Shown here: in pieces, positions 1 through 8,640 of the stretch
Layout of the letters: every line of letters begins with the position of its first letter
Numbering within the stretch: the stretch's first letter is position 1
DNA from: Promethearchaeota archaeon
GTDB taxonomy: Archaea > Asgardarchaeota > Lokiarchaeia > Sigyniarchaeales > SOKP01
Reading direction: 5' to 3'
DNA length: 13,190 nt
NCBI GenBank assembly: GCA_016926735.1
Contig: JAFGOA010000235.1
Span: 1-13,190 of the forward strand
Notes under the pieces: model-generated
Databases searched by the model: none
What the model was told of the DNA's origin: nothing
Seen by the model: only the letters and a program-made list of their open reading frames with translations
Made by a program: the position numbers and the translations under genes

Positions 1-245
1 AGGACTTTCGAATAGACCCATTTATATTCTGGGTATTGTTTTTTCAATATTGGTAAGGTTTTTGATTGATCATTATATGTAATATAGCTACGCTGTTCTT
101 TTGGTTTCATTTTATTATCCTTCCAATTTTGAATACGCTGCGCTAACGCAAAATTAAAGATAAGGCGGCATTTTTCAGAGAAGACCCACAGAAGGTGTTC
201 TTGCTCCTCTGAGGGATATATTCGTATTTTTTGCGTAAGCTTCAT
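1..245 (-). CDS. tnpB: IS200/IS605-family RNA-guided nuclease TnpB, N-terminal part (runs off the left edge of the window)
   Basis: Not in the ORF track. Manual translation of the minus strand from the ATG at 245 is open to the window edge: MKLTQKIRIYPSEEQEHLLWVFSEKCRLIFNFALAQRIQNWKDNKMKPKEQRSYITYNDQSKTLPILKKQYPEYKWVYSKV. The pattern K-I-R-I-Y-P..EQ...CR..(F/Y)N.AL..R followed by LK..YPEY..VYS is the typical HTH_OrfB_IS605 N-terminus. The RuvC and Zn-finger domains lie outside the window. Confidence 0.9.
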   Translation of the reverse strand, partial: MKLTQKIRIYPSEEQEHLLWVFSEKCRLIFNFALAQRIQNWKDNKMKPKEQRSYITYNDQSKTLPILKKQYPEYKWVYSKV

Positions 246-259
246 TATTTATAGAAGAA

Positions 260-277
260 AAGGATATCCTTAAAAAA
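260..277 (-). promoter_or_regulatory. Candidate tnpB promoter: TATA-like TTTTTTAA plus overlapping 12-bp palindrome
   Basis: Minus-strand TTTTTTAA (277-270) lies 25-32 nt upstream of the ATG, which is the spacing expected for a leaderless archaeal transcript. A perfect palindrome AAGGATATCCTT occupies 260-271. Confidence 0.3.
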
Positions 278-315
278 GAATCATACATTAATGAATTATT
301 GATTTATAGATATCC

Positions 316-361
316 TCACTCAATTCATCTCCTCCCTAAAGGTAGGGGTCTTCTTGAGTGA
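316..361 (-). repeat. IS200/IS605 left-end subterminal imperfect palindrome (nested hairpin)
   Basis: Outer stem TCACTCAA (316-323) / TTGAGTGA (354-361) encloses the inner hairpin CTCCTCCC-TAAA-GGTAGGGG (329-348). The minus strand reads CAAGAAGACCCCTACCTTTAGGGAGGAGATGAATTG, the characteristic CCTTTAGG-loop end structure of this family. Confidence 0.8.
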
Positions 362-452
362 TAAAAGATAAATTAGATATTAACAGTATAAAAAATACAG
401 TATAAGATTATTTTATCTAATCATTTTTGTAAAAACAGAAAGAAAGAAAATT

Positions 453-1010
453 ATGTTAAAAGTAAAAGCTAAAATTAAAATTATTCTAAGAATTTTTGGA
501 TTTCTTTTAATCTTCTCAGGTATTATTATTTCAATTGCTTCGGAAGTAGTAACATTTAGTATTTTTATATATTTTTTATATTTAGCAACAATTATTCCTT
601 TTTTTATCTATATAATTCTTACAAAAATTGAGGCAGAATTCTTGAAAAAAAAAGAAGAATTATATTTAGCAACGAGTGTCATTGTCTCTACTTTTTTTTT
701 TATATTAAGTATCTATAATATAAATCAATTAGATATTACATTTCTTTTTTTTTTGAGTACGATATCTAATTATTTATATATAATTTGTTGGAATTATTCT
801 CTTTCAATTTATAGAAAAGAGAAATTGATTTCTATTATAAATGGAATTTGTTTTTGCATTTTAACGGGTATTTTTAAAAATAAAATTAATATTAGTAAAC
901 TAGCAATGTTATTCTATTTTATCTCTATTATTTTTCTTGCCTTAGGTTTTTTAATAATTATTATTATTGAAATAATAATGAAGAAGACTCATCTTCTTAA
1001 GTGGATTTAA
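453..1010 (+). CDS. Hypothetical integral membrane protein (about 6 TM helices)
   Basis: 185 aa with repeated long hydrophobic stretches separated by short Lys-rich loops. No recognisable family motif. Confidence 0.75.
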   Translation: MLKVKAKIKIILRIFGFLLIFSGIIISIASEVVTFSIFIYFLYLATIIPFFIYIILTKIEAEFLKKKEELYLATSVIVSTFFFILSIYNINQLDITFLFFLSTISNYLYIICWNYSLSIYRKEKLISIINGICFCILTGIFKNKINISKLAMLFYFISIIFLALGFLIIIIIEIIMKKTHLLKWI

Positions 1011-1023
1011 GTAATTTTTAGAA

Positions 1024-2736
1024 TTATAGATAATTCCAAAAGTCATAAAAATCTTTTTTATTGAATGTAGTTTTATGATTCGAAGGTTTTAATTCTTCTG
1101 TGTAAAAAAATGAGGGCAATTTATTGCACTCCTTTTTTATATCTACTTTCTCATTGTATTCTAATTCTTTCATTAGAGTGTTCTTTCCTATATTAATAAC
1201 ATCCTCTTGAGTAATATTAATTCTATACATAGCATTTAAACATTTAGCTATAATCTCCATATTTTCAAAACTGGGCCCTATAAAATAACAACATCCCATC
1301 GAATCTAGAACTGTTGTATATAATTGTAATTCATATGATAATTGAAGTTTATGCTTATCTTCGGTTAGATCTCCATAATCAAAATCTTTTCGTGCATTTC
1401 GTCCAGCAATAGCAGCTCCCGCTGTGTGATCTGCACCCATTGGTGATGTAGCATAAGTCACACCCATAGCCTTAAATATTCTAGGATCATATCCTGAAAG
1501 GGATTGTCCTTTCACTTGTGGTATTCTTTTTATATTTAAACTCTTTCCAAAATTATATACCCCATTTCCATATAATTCACCTATTATTGAATTTTCATTG
1601 ATTGTCCTAAGTATTTTTATAACTTCTGCACTATCTCCCCATTTTATTTTTCCCATATACATAGCAACTCCAATTGTAGCACCAAATTCGATAGTATCTA
1701 TTCCTATATCATCACAAAGAAAATCTATTTTAGCTAATTCGTCAATATTATTTATTAATAGATTAGAACCATTCATTGCAATTGTTTCATATTCAAAACT
1801 TGATGTAAGATAATTCCCATTTTTATCATTTATTATATTAGAACATTTGATTACGCATGTAGGACAACATGCAATTCTGTTAAATCCTCCTCTTTCAGAA
1901 TTAACTCTGTATAATTTTTCTCCAGATATGTTCTCAACGTCTTTAAATTTGCCTCTAGTATAATTTTTTGTTGGTAAACCACCAATTTGATTAATAGCAC
2001 CTACTAATATTGGGGTTCCAAATTTAGAAAGAGTTTTTTTTGTATCATATAATAATTTAGCTAATGGTTTGGATATTTTTCGGAATTCTTTAATATTATC
2101 AATTTTTATTAGATTAATCTTAGATGGAATGATAACAATTGCTTTTAGCTTTTTAGATCCCATAACAGATCCTAATCCGCCTCTAGCTGCATGACGAGAA
2201 GGATGACCTTCTAAACTATTGCATGCTATAGTTGATGATTTTAAAAGATTTTCACCAGAAGTTCCAATAGAGTATATACCGATTCTATTTCCATACTTTT
2301 TATATAATTTTTCACAGAGATTATAATTATTCAATCCTTTGTATTCATTAGCTCTAATAATTTCTATTTCTCTATTATTAATTATAATAATTATCCAATC
2401 CTTTGCTATATCCTCAAGGATTATAGCTCTAATTCCTTGTTGAGCTAACATATATGCTCCTCTTCCTCCCACGTTAGCCTCCTTAATACCATTAGTAAGT
2501 GGACTTTTGCTCCCTATAGATGTTCTACCTGAATTTGGAAAGGGACTTCCTGTTAATAATCCATTTGCTATTATTAATTTATTTAATTTACTAAAGGGAT
2601 CAGAATGTGGATCTACCTCATCATAGATTATTTGCGAGGTTATTCCTCTTCCCCCTAATAAAAAATACTTTGATTTTTTCTTAATTGAAGAATATTGATA
2701 TTCTTGTGTTTTTAAATTAATCCTTAATAATTCCAT
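1024..2736 (-). CDS. aor: Aldehyde:ferredoxin oxidoreductase family protein (W-bis-pterin, 4Fe-4S)
   Basis: Motifs LLGGRG, KSPLT..IKEANVGG, AARGGLGSVMGSKKLKAI, Fe-S CxxCxxxC (CPTCVIKC), EYET, CDDIGIDTI, YDPR, GADH and the late Cys (DSMGCCYF). Exact subfamily and substrate cannot be resolved. Confidence 0.93.
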   Translation of the reverse strand: MELLRINLKTQEYQYSSIKKKSKYFLLGGRGITSQIIYDEVDPHSDPFSKLNKLIIANGLLTGSPFPNSGRTSIGSKSPLTNGIKEANVGGRGAYMLAQQGIRAIILEDIAKDWIIIIINNREIEIIRANEYKGLNNYNLCEKLYKKYGNRIGIYSIGTSGENLLKSSTIACNSLEGHPSRHAARGGLGSVMGSKKLKAIVIIPSKINLIKIDNIKEFRKISKPLAKLLYDTKKTLSKFGTPILVGAINQIGGLPTKNYTRGKFKDVENISGEKLYRVNSERGGFNRIACCPTCVIKCSNIINDKNGNYLTSSFEYETIAMNGSNLLINNIDELAKIDFLCDDIGIDTIEFGATIGVAMYMGKIKWGDSAEVIKILRTINENSIIGELYGNGVYNFGKSLNIKRIPQVKGQSLSGYDPRIFKAMGVTYATSPMGADHTAGAAIAGRNARKDFDYGDLTEDKHKLQLSYELQLYTTVLDSMGCCYFIGPSFENMEIIAKCLNAMYRINITQEDVINIGKNTLMKELEYNEKVDIKKECNKLPSFFYTEELKPSNHKTTFNKKDFYDFWNYL

Positions 2737-2902
2737 ATTGAATATTATTATATTTGGCTTTATGATTTTTTTTATTAAAATTATAAAAATTATTAAAATT
2801 TTACATCAAATTTATTAATATGTATTATTCTTAATATTTTAGGCATAATGTTTTATTTTTAAAATATTCTCAATAATATTCAATAAAGAATGATAAAAAA
2901 AT

Positions 2903-3823
2903 ATGGATAAAAAATTTCGAACGACTTTTAAGAATAGAAACACAGGGCAGGAAAATCATCCAAAAGAATGCTGTAGTCATCCAAGAATTGTTTCACGCAA
3001 TGGAGATAATCTTTGTCTTAATTGTGGACTAATTCATGGAAGAGCATTAGTATCTAACGAAAGAAGAGCATTTACAGTTCAAGAAATGAATAATCGAAAG
3101 CGAACAGAACCAAAATGGAGGGATTTTGGTCCCAGAACAGTTCTAAATAGAACACAGAGAGATTCAAAAGGAAATTCAATAAAACCTAAAGAGCAAATGT
3201 TGTTTTCAAGGCTTTCTAAAATTCAGAATTCTTTTATCTCAAGCATTGAAAGAAATTTTTGGGAAGCAAAACCAAAATTAAAAATGATTGCTTCAAAATT
3301 AACAATCCCGGATTATATAACAGAAACAGCTTGGAAAATATATTCAATTGCAGCAAAAAAGAAATTAATCTTAGGACGTTCAATTAATGGTTTTATATCT
3401 GCTTCATTATATACAGCAATCAGAGTTCACGATTTTCCTCGATTATTAGATGAAATTTGTGATGTTTCCCTAATTCCTAAGAAATCAATTCATAAAATTA
3501 TAGTATTGATTATTAGAGAAATATTACCTAATTTAGGTTTAAAATATAAAATTATAAGCCCTCAATGTTTAATATTTAGATTTAGTAATGAATTAAAAAT
3601 CGACATTGTTATACAACAAATGGCATTAGATATACTAAATGTTGCTTTTAGTAATGGTTTAAAATATGTAGGAAAAGATCCTAAAGGACTAGCAGCAGCT
3701 TGTTTATATATTGTAGCTAAAAATTCAGGATTAAAATTGACCCAATCTCAAATGGGAAGAATAGCCAAAATAACGGAAGTAACTTTGAGAAGTAGGGTTA
3801 AACAAATAAAAAGTATTATTTAG
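2903..3823 (+). CDS. tfb: Transcription initiation factor IIB (TFB) paralog
   Basis: N-terminal Zn ribbon (CCSH...CLNCG), B-reader-like ERRAFT, linker SSIERN, cyclin repeat 1 (GRSI...ASLYTAIR...PRLLDEI) and repeat 2 (GKDPKGLAAACLY...TQSQMGRIAKITEVTLRSR). Confidence 0.93.
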   Translation: MDKKFRTTFKNRNTGQENHPKECCSHPRIVSRNGDNLCLNCGLIHGRALVSNERRAFTVQEMNNRKRTEPKWRDFGPRTVLNRTQRDSKGNSIKPKEQMLFSRLSKIQNSFISSIERNFWEAKPKLKMIASKLTIPDYITETAWKIYSIAAKKKLILGRSINGFISASLYTAIRVHDFPRLLDEICDVSLIPKKSIHKIIVLIIREILPNLGLKYKIISPQCLIFRFSNELKIDIVIQQMALDILNVAFSNGLKYVGKDPKGLAAACLYIVAKNSGLKLTQSQMGRIAKITEVTLRSRVKQIKSII

Positions 3824-3840
3824 CAAATAAATCTTGATAT

Positions 3841-4392
3841 TTATTCAATTTCATTAATTATTAAATATTCTTTTAGTGCAACAGCACTTATAATTAAATA
3901 ATACAGAATTTGATAACAATTTGGAGATATAAATATAATCCATAAGACGAAAACGTACAAATCAACATAAAATTTATCTTGAATAAGCTCAATAAAAGAT
4001 AATTCGTTCATTGAGTCTTTATAATTACCAATTTGTAATTGATAAATTAGATTTACTTTTATTATGATAATAAGCAATGTAAGAACACTAATAAGAAAAA
4101 TGTTTTTTAAAAGCTCTTTATCGTTTATTTGCCTCGGTGACAATTTAATTAATAATATCGCTTGGATGAAAAGATATATGTTTATTAAAAAGAGAAAAAT
4201 CCATAAAATTGTCGTAGATAAATCAACAACATTAAGATCAAAGATATATAAAAATAATATTTTTGTTGCTCCATCTAATGTAATAGGTCTTGTAATTAAT
4301 AAAAAGAAAAAAATTGTTTCGAATATTAATAAAATTAAAAAGAAATATCCTCCAAAAAATCTTAATTTTTTTATAATGTCTTTTACTTCCAT
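3841..4392 (-). CDS. Hypothetical integral membrane protein (about 4 TM helices)
   Basis: 183 aa with four long hydrophobic segments. Convergent with tfb. No family motif recognised. Confidence 0.7.
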   Translation of the reverse strand: MEVKDIIKKLRFFGGYFFLILLIFETIFFFLLITRPITLDGATKILFLYIFDLNVVDLSTTILWIFLFLINIYLFIQAILLIKLSPRQINDKELLKNIFLISVLTLLIIIIKVNLIYQLQIGNYKDSMNELSFIELIQDKFYVDLYVFVLWIIFISPNCYQILYYLIISAVALKEYLIINEIE

Positions 4393-4559
4393 ATTTTAAT
4401 TCAGTTGTTATAGTGATAAAATTTATAAATTAAACAATAAATGTTAATTTTGATTTTTGAAAAAAGTAATTATAAAAAATACCTAATTAAATGATCTTTA
4501 TACACATTCTTTTTAGATTTTTTTATCTAAATAGGAATAATTAATGTTGATGATTTTTT

Positions 4560-5522
4560 TTGACAGAAGAAAATCAAGATAGTAAAAAAGAAAAAATAGA
4601 CTGTGCTCATGCTAATGTTGGAATGCATGATGGTTTTATGGTATGTCAAGATTGTGGATTAATATTAAAAGATGAAATTTTCTTTACTCAAGAGAATTAT
4701 AAAAAAGAAGATTATTATGATATTCAAAGAAAATATGAAAGAGAAATAAAAAGTAAAGATTCTAGAGCTATTCAAAATCCTTTAATTAAACAAAAATATG
4801 AAAAAATTAAACTTATAGATAAATGGTTCAGAGATAACTCTAGAAATTTTATTGAACAAAAAAAAACTCTTGATTTATTAAAAAGTTATAATATAGGATT
4901 AGATATAGATAAAGTAAAAATTCAACAAATTAAAGATAGATATACAAAATACATTCGAAAATATAAGAAATCTTATCAAAACATGGTTATTATATTTTTA
5001 GCAATCGTTTGGATGGAAATTAAGGATTTAACAAATATAAGACTTGAAGAGTTTATTGATATTTCCAATAATTTAGGACATAAAATTAATAAAAAAATGC
5101 TTAATAATGCTATGCTTAAGCTTTTAAAATCTGAAAATAAAAGAAAATCCAACCTAATTAATACAGAAGACCTCGAAAAACAAATAAAGAATAAAATTAA
5201 AATTCTATTTCAGAAGAATCTTAATGATATATCGTTAGAAGATATCATAAAATTTGATATTAACAAAGAAGAATTTAATAGATTAAAAATTGAAATGCAA
5301 TTAATATTAGCACAAATACTAAAGAAAATTGACTATGAACAAATAAAAAATCTCAATTATAAAGCATTTACTGCAGGTCTTATTTATTTTATTAGCCAGA
5401 CTTTGAACCCTAAATATAAAAGGATTTTTATTCAAAGTTTGATAGAAAAAATCACAAAATTTTCTAGTACCACAATCAGAAAAAAATATCATATTCTTAT
5501 GTCAATTTTAGGAGATCCATAA
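4560..5522 (+). CDS. Divergent TFB/TFIIB-like protein (Zn ribbon plus degenerate cyclin-fold repeats), TTG start
   Basis: N-terminal C15-A-H17-x11-C29-Q-D-C32-G ribbon. The segment FLAIVWMEIK..NIRLEEFIDIS aligns by eye to TFB repeat 1, and NYKAFTAGLIYFIS...IQSLIEKITKFSSTTIRKKY aligns to TFB repeat 2/HTH. Length (320 aa) is TFB-like. Confidence 0.65.
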   Translation: MTEENQDSKKEKIDCAHANVGMHDGFMVCQDCGLILKDEIFFTQENYKKEDYYDIQRKYEREIKSKDSRAIQNPLIKQKYEKIKLIDKWFRDNSRNFIEQKKTLDLLKSYNIGLDIDKVKIQQIKDRYTKYIRKYKKSYQNMVIIFLAIVWMEIKDLTNIRLEEFIDISNNLGHKINKKMLNNAMLKLLKSENKRKSNLINTEDLEKQIKNKIKILFQKNLNDISLEDIIKFDINKEEFNRLKIEMQLILAQILKKIDYEQIKNLNYKAFTAGLIYFISQTLNPKYKRIFIQSLIEKITKFSSTTIRKKYHILMSILGDP

Positions 5523-5679
5523 AAACTAAGCATTCAACAAATATGATAATTTCTTTTTTTTGGATTTTATAGGAATAAAAATCTTCTAACTATTGAATAT
5601 TAATTAAAGTATAAAGATTATTAAACCTAAAACCTATTATTTTTTTTATAGTATTATAGAAAAAAATTCTAAATTAAAA

Positions 5680-8514
5680 ATGTCATTAAAAAATACAAAT
5701 GAAAAACTACCCTTTTATGCTAAAAAAATAGATGCTTTAATAGAAGAACTCCAATCAGATAATAATAAAGGTTTATCTGATGATCAATTAGAGAAAAAAT
5801 ATTTACAATATGGATATAATGAATTACCTGATGTAAAAAAAAATCTTTGGAGAATATATTTAGCACCAATATTTAATTTTCTCATTCTCATTCTTATTAT
5901 ATCTGGAATATTAATAATTATTCTTGGTTCAGCATCTGAAACTATAATAACATTTGTAGTTATATTTATAAATTCAATTACAGCTATAGTTCAACAATTT
6001 AGAGCACATAAAGCTTTAGATTCATTGAAAAAAATATCTTCCTTAAATTCAATTGTGATAAGAAATAATGAAGAAAAAGAAATTCCTTCAAAGAATTTAT
6101 TACCAGGAGATATTGTTTTAATAAACCAAGGGTCTAAAATACCTGCTGATGGTCGAATTATTGAATGTCATAATTTATCTATCAATGAAGCACCTCTTAC
6201 TGGAGAAAGTAAAGCAGTAGAAAAGAAAAATAATGTTTTTGATAATATTGAACTTCCCATTCAAAAGCAAAAAAATATGGTTTTTATGGGAACATATGTT
6301 CAAACAGGACGAGCAAAAATTATTATAACCGAAACAGGAATTAAAACAAAAATAGGAGAAATTTCAAATTCCCTCAATAAAATGGGAGCAATTGAAGAAA
6401 TTCCACTTACAAAAAAATTAAATAAACTTGGTTATTTTCTTGGTTTAATTGTAATAATAAATATGATTTTATTAGTTACTTTTAAACTTGTTATATTACA
6501 TTTACCAGTAGGTACAGCATTCACAAATTCCATAATTAGAGCTATGAATATAATGCCCGTTAACCTTCCTCTTTTAGTTACATTAGTTCTGATAACAGGA
6601 GTATTAAATATGGCTAAAAATGGAGTGATAATTAAAAATTTATCTTCAATAGAATCATTAGGAAGAGTATCAGTTATCTGTTCTGATAAAACAGGAACAA
6701 TTACAAAAAATGAAATGACAGTTGAAAAATTCTGGATTAATAATCTTGAATATGAAGTCTCAGGAACAGGTTATAATCCTGAAGGATATATTTATAATAA
6801 TGAATTAGAACATAATCTTAATTCTAATACAACATTTCATAAGTTTATTGAGTCTATGATCATAAATAATAATGCAAAACTAGTTTATGAAGATGTCAAG
6901 GTAAAATTTCAAGAAACAAAATTATTACCTATAAGAAAAGCTTTAGGATCTCCAACAGAAGCTTCCCTCCTTGTTCTTGCAGAAAAAATAGGAATTTTAC
7001 CCTATGACTTAAAAAATAATTTTGAAATTATAAAAGAATTTCCTTTTAATTCTGAATTAAAAAGAATGTCAACAATTTGTAAGGAAAATAATAATGATAA
7101 ATACACATTGTATTCTAAAGGAGCTCCAGAAATTATATTAAATTTATCTAGTTATATAGAAATTAATGGGAAAATAAATCAATTAAATGAAGAAATTAAG
7201 AAAGGAATTTTAGAAAATATTAATATAAAAACAACACAAGGATATAGAATTTTAGCAATAGCATACAGAAATTTAGAATATAAAAATCATTCAGAGAGAA
7301 ATAATTTAGAAAAAGAATTAATCTTCTTAGGATTCCTTTCTATAATAGACCCTCCTAGGATAGGTGTAAAAAATGCAGTTGAAAAATGTCATAGTGCTGA
7401 TATTAAAGTGGTTATGATTACAGGAGATCATCCAAATACAGCAAGAACCATAGCTAAAGAGATGGGAATATATAATCATGAAAATTTAGTAATTGAAGGA
7501 AAAGAAATAAAAGCATTGGATAAGAAATCATTTGATAAAGTTACAGTATTTGCTAGGGTTGCTCCATCAGATAAGGAATACATCATTAAGGAATATCAAA
7601 AAGAAAAAAAAATTGTAGCTATGACTGGGGATGGAATAAATGATGTTCTTGCCTTAAAATTGGCAAATTGTGGTATAGCTATGGGTATTACGGGTACAGA
7701 TGTAGCTAAAGAAACTTCAGATATGGTCATTTCTGATGATAACTTTATATCTATCAAAAAAGGTGTTAAAATAGGGAGAGGATTATTTTCAAAAATTAGA
7801 GTTATAATCTACTTTTTTATATGTTTAAATATTTTAGAAGGAGTTATTATGTTCTCTTATGAATTTAATCCTACATTTGCTCTTTTTAATTCTAATTGGC
7901 AACATATATATATTTTTACTATAGCTCATTCATTTACTTCTTTAGCTTTAGTTATTGATATATCTCCTAAAGATATTATGAAAGAACCTCCTCGTAATGA
8001 AGAAGAACTATTAAACCGAAATACATTAATAATGTTATTAATACAGGCAATCATAATAGGTATTAGTTTGGTATTAGCTTTAGAATTAACATTAAATGGT
8101 GTAATTCCCTTAAATGAGTGGAATTTAGATCCAAATCTTAGCTATCTTAATGGAGTTATTCCTATAGAACAAAAAGCAAGAACTATGTTCATGACAACCT
8201 TATTTCTTTCTGAAACTATGTTTATTTGGACTTTCAGAAGACCTAATAAATCAATATTTAAAAGTATTAAAGAAGAATTTTCAAAGTCTTTATTTTTTGC
8301 TTGTATTTTTACTCTTTCAATACATATTTTGCTAGTAAATTTCTCCAATGGAATAAACACAGTAATTAATGATGATTTAGGATTAGATTTCCAACTTAAT
8401 TTCATATTTTTATCCTTAACAGATTGGTTAATTTGTATTGGTTTCGCAATTTTCAGTATTCTACTAATAGAACTCTTTAAATATTTCTTTAGAAAAAAAA
8501 AAATTATATTCTAA
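5680..8514 (+). CDS. P-type ATPase, P2-like architecture, non-canonical transport site (paralog 1)
   Basis: YGYNEL, PGD, PAD, TGES, CSDKTGT (phospho-Asp336), GSPTE, PFNSELKRMS, KGAPE, DPPR, MITGD, FARV, MTGDGIND and a hydrophobicity pattern consistent with 10 TM helices. M4 reads PVNLP instead of PEGLP. Confidence 0.95.
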   Translation: MSLKNTNEKLPFYAKKIDALIEELQSDNNKGLSDDQLEKKYLQYGYNELPDVKKNLWRIYLAPIFNFLILILIISGILIIILGSASETIITFVVIFINSITAIVQQFRAHKALDSLKKISSLNSIVIRNNEEKEIPSKNLLPGDIVLINQGSKIPADGRIIECHNLSINEAPLTGESKAVEKKNNVFDNIELPIQKQKNMVFMGTYVQTGRAKIIITETGIKTKIGEISNSLNKMGAIEEIPLTKKLNKLGYFLGLIVIINMILLVTFKLVILHLPVGTAFTNSIIRAMNIMPVNLPLLVTLVLITGVLNMAKNGVIIKNLSSIESLGRVSVICSDKTGTITKNEMTVEKFWINNLEYEVSGTGYNPEGYIYNNELEHNLNSNTTFHKFIESMIINNNAKLVYEDVKVKFQETKLLPIRKALGSPTEASLLVLAEKIGILPYDLKNNFEIIKEFPFNSELKRMSTICKENNNDKYTLYSKGAPEIILNLSSYIEINGKINQLNEEIKKGILENINIKTTQGYRILAIAYRNLEYKNHSERNNLEKELIFLGFLSIIDPPRIGVKNAVEKCHSADIKVVMITGDHPNTARTIAKEMGIYNHENLVIEGKEIKALDKKSFDKVTVFARVAPSDKEYIIKEYQKEKKIVAMTGDGINDVLALKLANCGIAMGITGTDVAKETSDMVISDDNFISIKKGVKIGRGLFSKIRVIIYFFICLNILEGVIMFSYEFNPTFALFNSNWQHIYIFTIAHSFTSLALVIDISPKDIMKEPPRNEEELLNRNTLIMLLIQAIIIGISLVLALELTLNGVIPLNEWNLDPNLSYLNGVIPIEQKARTMFMTTLFLSETMFIWTFRRPNKSIFKSIKEEFSKSLFFACIFTLSIHILLVNFSNGINTVINDDLGLDFQLNFIFLSLTDWLICIGFAIFSILLIELFKYFFRKKKIIF

Positions 8515-8539
8515 AAAACCTTTTTTTCTAAAATTTTTT

Positions 8540-8558
8540 AAAGAAAATTTATTATAGT
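8540..8558 (+). promoter_or_regulatory. Candidate BRE-TATA upstream of ATPase paralog 2
   Basis: Purine run AAAGAAAA followed by TTTTATTATAG, just after T-tracts (8521-8539) that could terminate paralog 1. The AT-rich background weakens the call. Confidence 0.3.
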
Positions 8559-8640
8559 CTTATTATAAAACATTTTTTGAATAATATAATATAGAAAAAT
8601 TATTTTTTTAAGATAAAAAAAGATTTAGGGAAGATCTTAT

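Larger units (their letters stand above)
1..367 (-). mobile_element. IS200/IS605-family element, tnpB-first (IS1341-like), left portion
   Basis: tnpB starts about 70 nt downstream of a subterminal hairpin, leaving no room for tnpA between them. The left boundary (~367) is inferred from a TTTAT pentamer immediately 5' on the minus strand. Confidence 0.75.

Noticed and set aside
316-361. Hairpin read as a terminator, CRISPR repeat or omega RNA
   Set aside because: It is a single copy lying upstream of tnpB, which fits a left end. The TnpB omega RNA lies at the right end, outside the window.
383-405. Direct repeat ACAGTATAA twice, next to the IS left end
   Set aside because: IS200/IS605 elements make no target-site duplication. 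Two 9-mers in AT-rich DNA are too weak to call an operator or a CRISPR remnant.
1598-1813. 71-aa plus-strand ORF
   Set aside because: Antisense shadow wholly inside the well-supported aor gene, with no motifs.
4064-4399. 111-aa Lys/Ile/Asn-rich plus-strand ORF
   Set aside because: Antisense to the membrane protein gene. Its composition mirrors the T-rich hydrophobic codons on the other strand.
8142-8405. 87-aa minus-strand ORF resembling the ORF at 11181-11363 (LLNxDLxGLL)
   Set aside because: The similarity is explained by the conserved RRPNKSxFKSIK segment of the paralogous ATPases on the sense strand.
8491-8514. C-terminal KKKIIF as a eukaryote-like dilysine retrieval signal
   Set aside because: It lacks the Lys at position -3 required by KKxx/KxKxx signals, and paralog 2 does not fit either.
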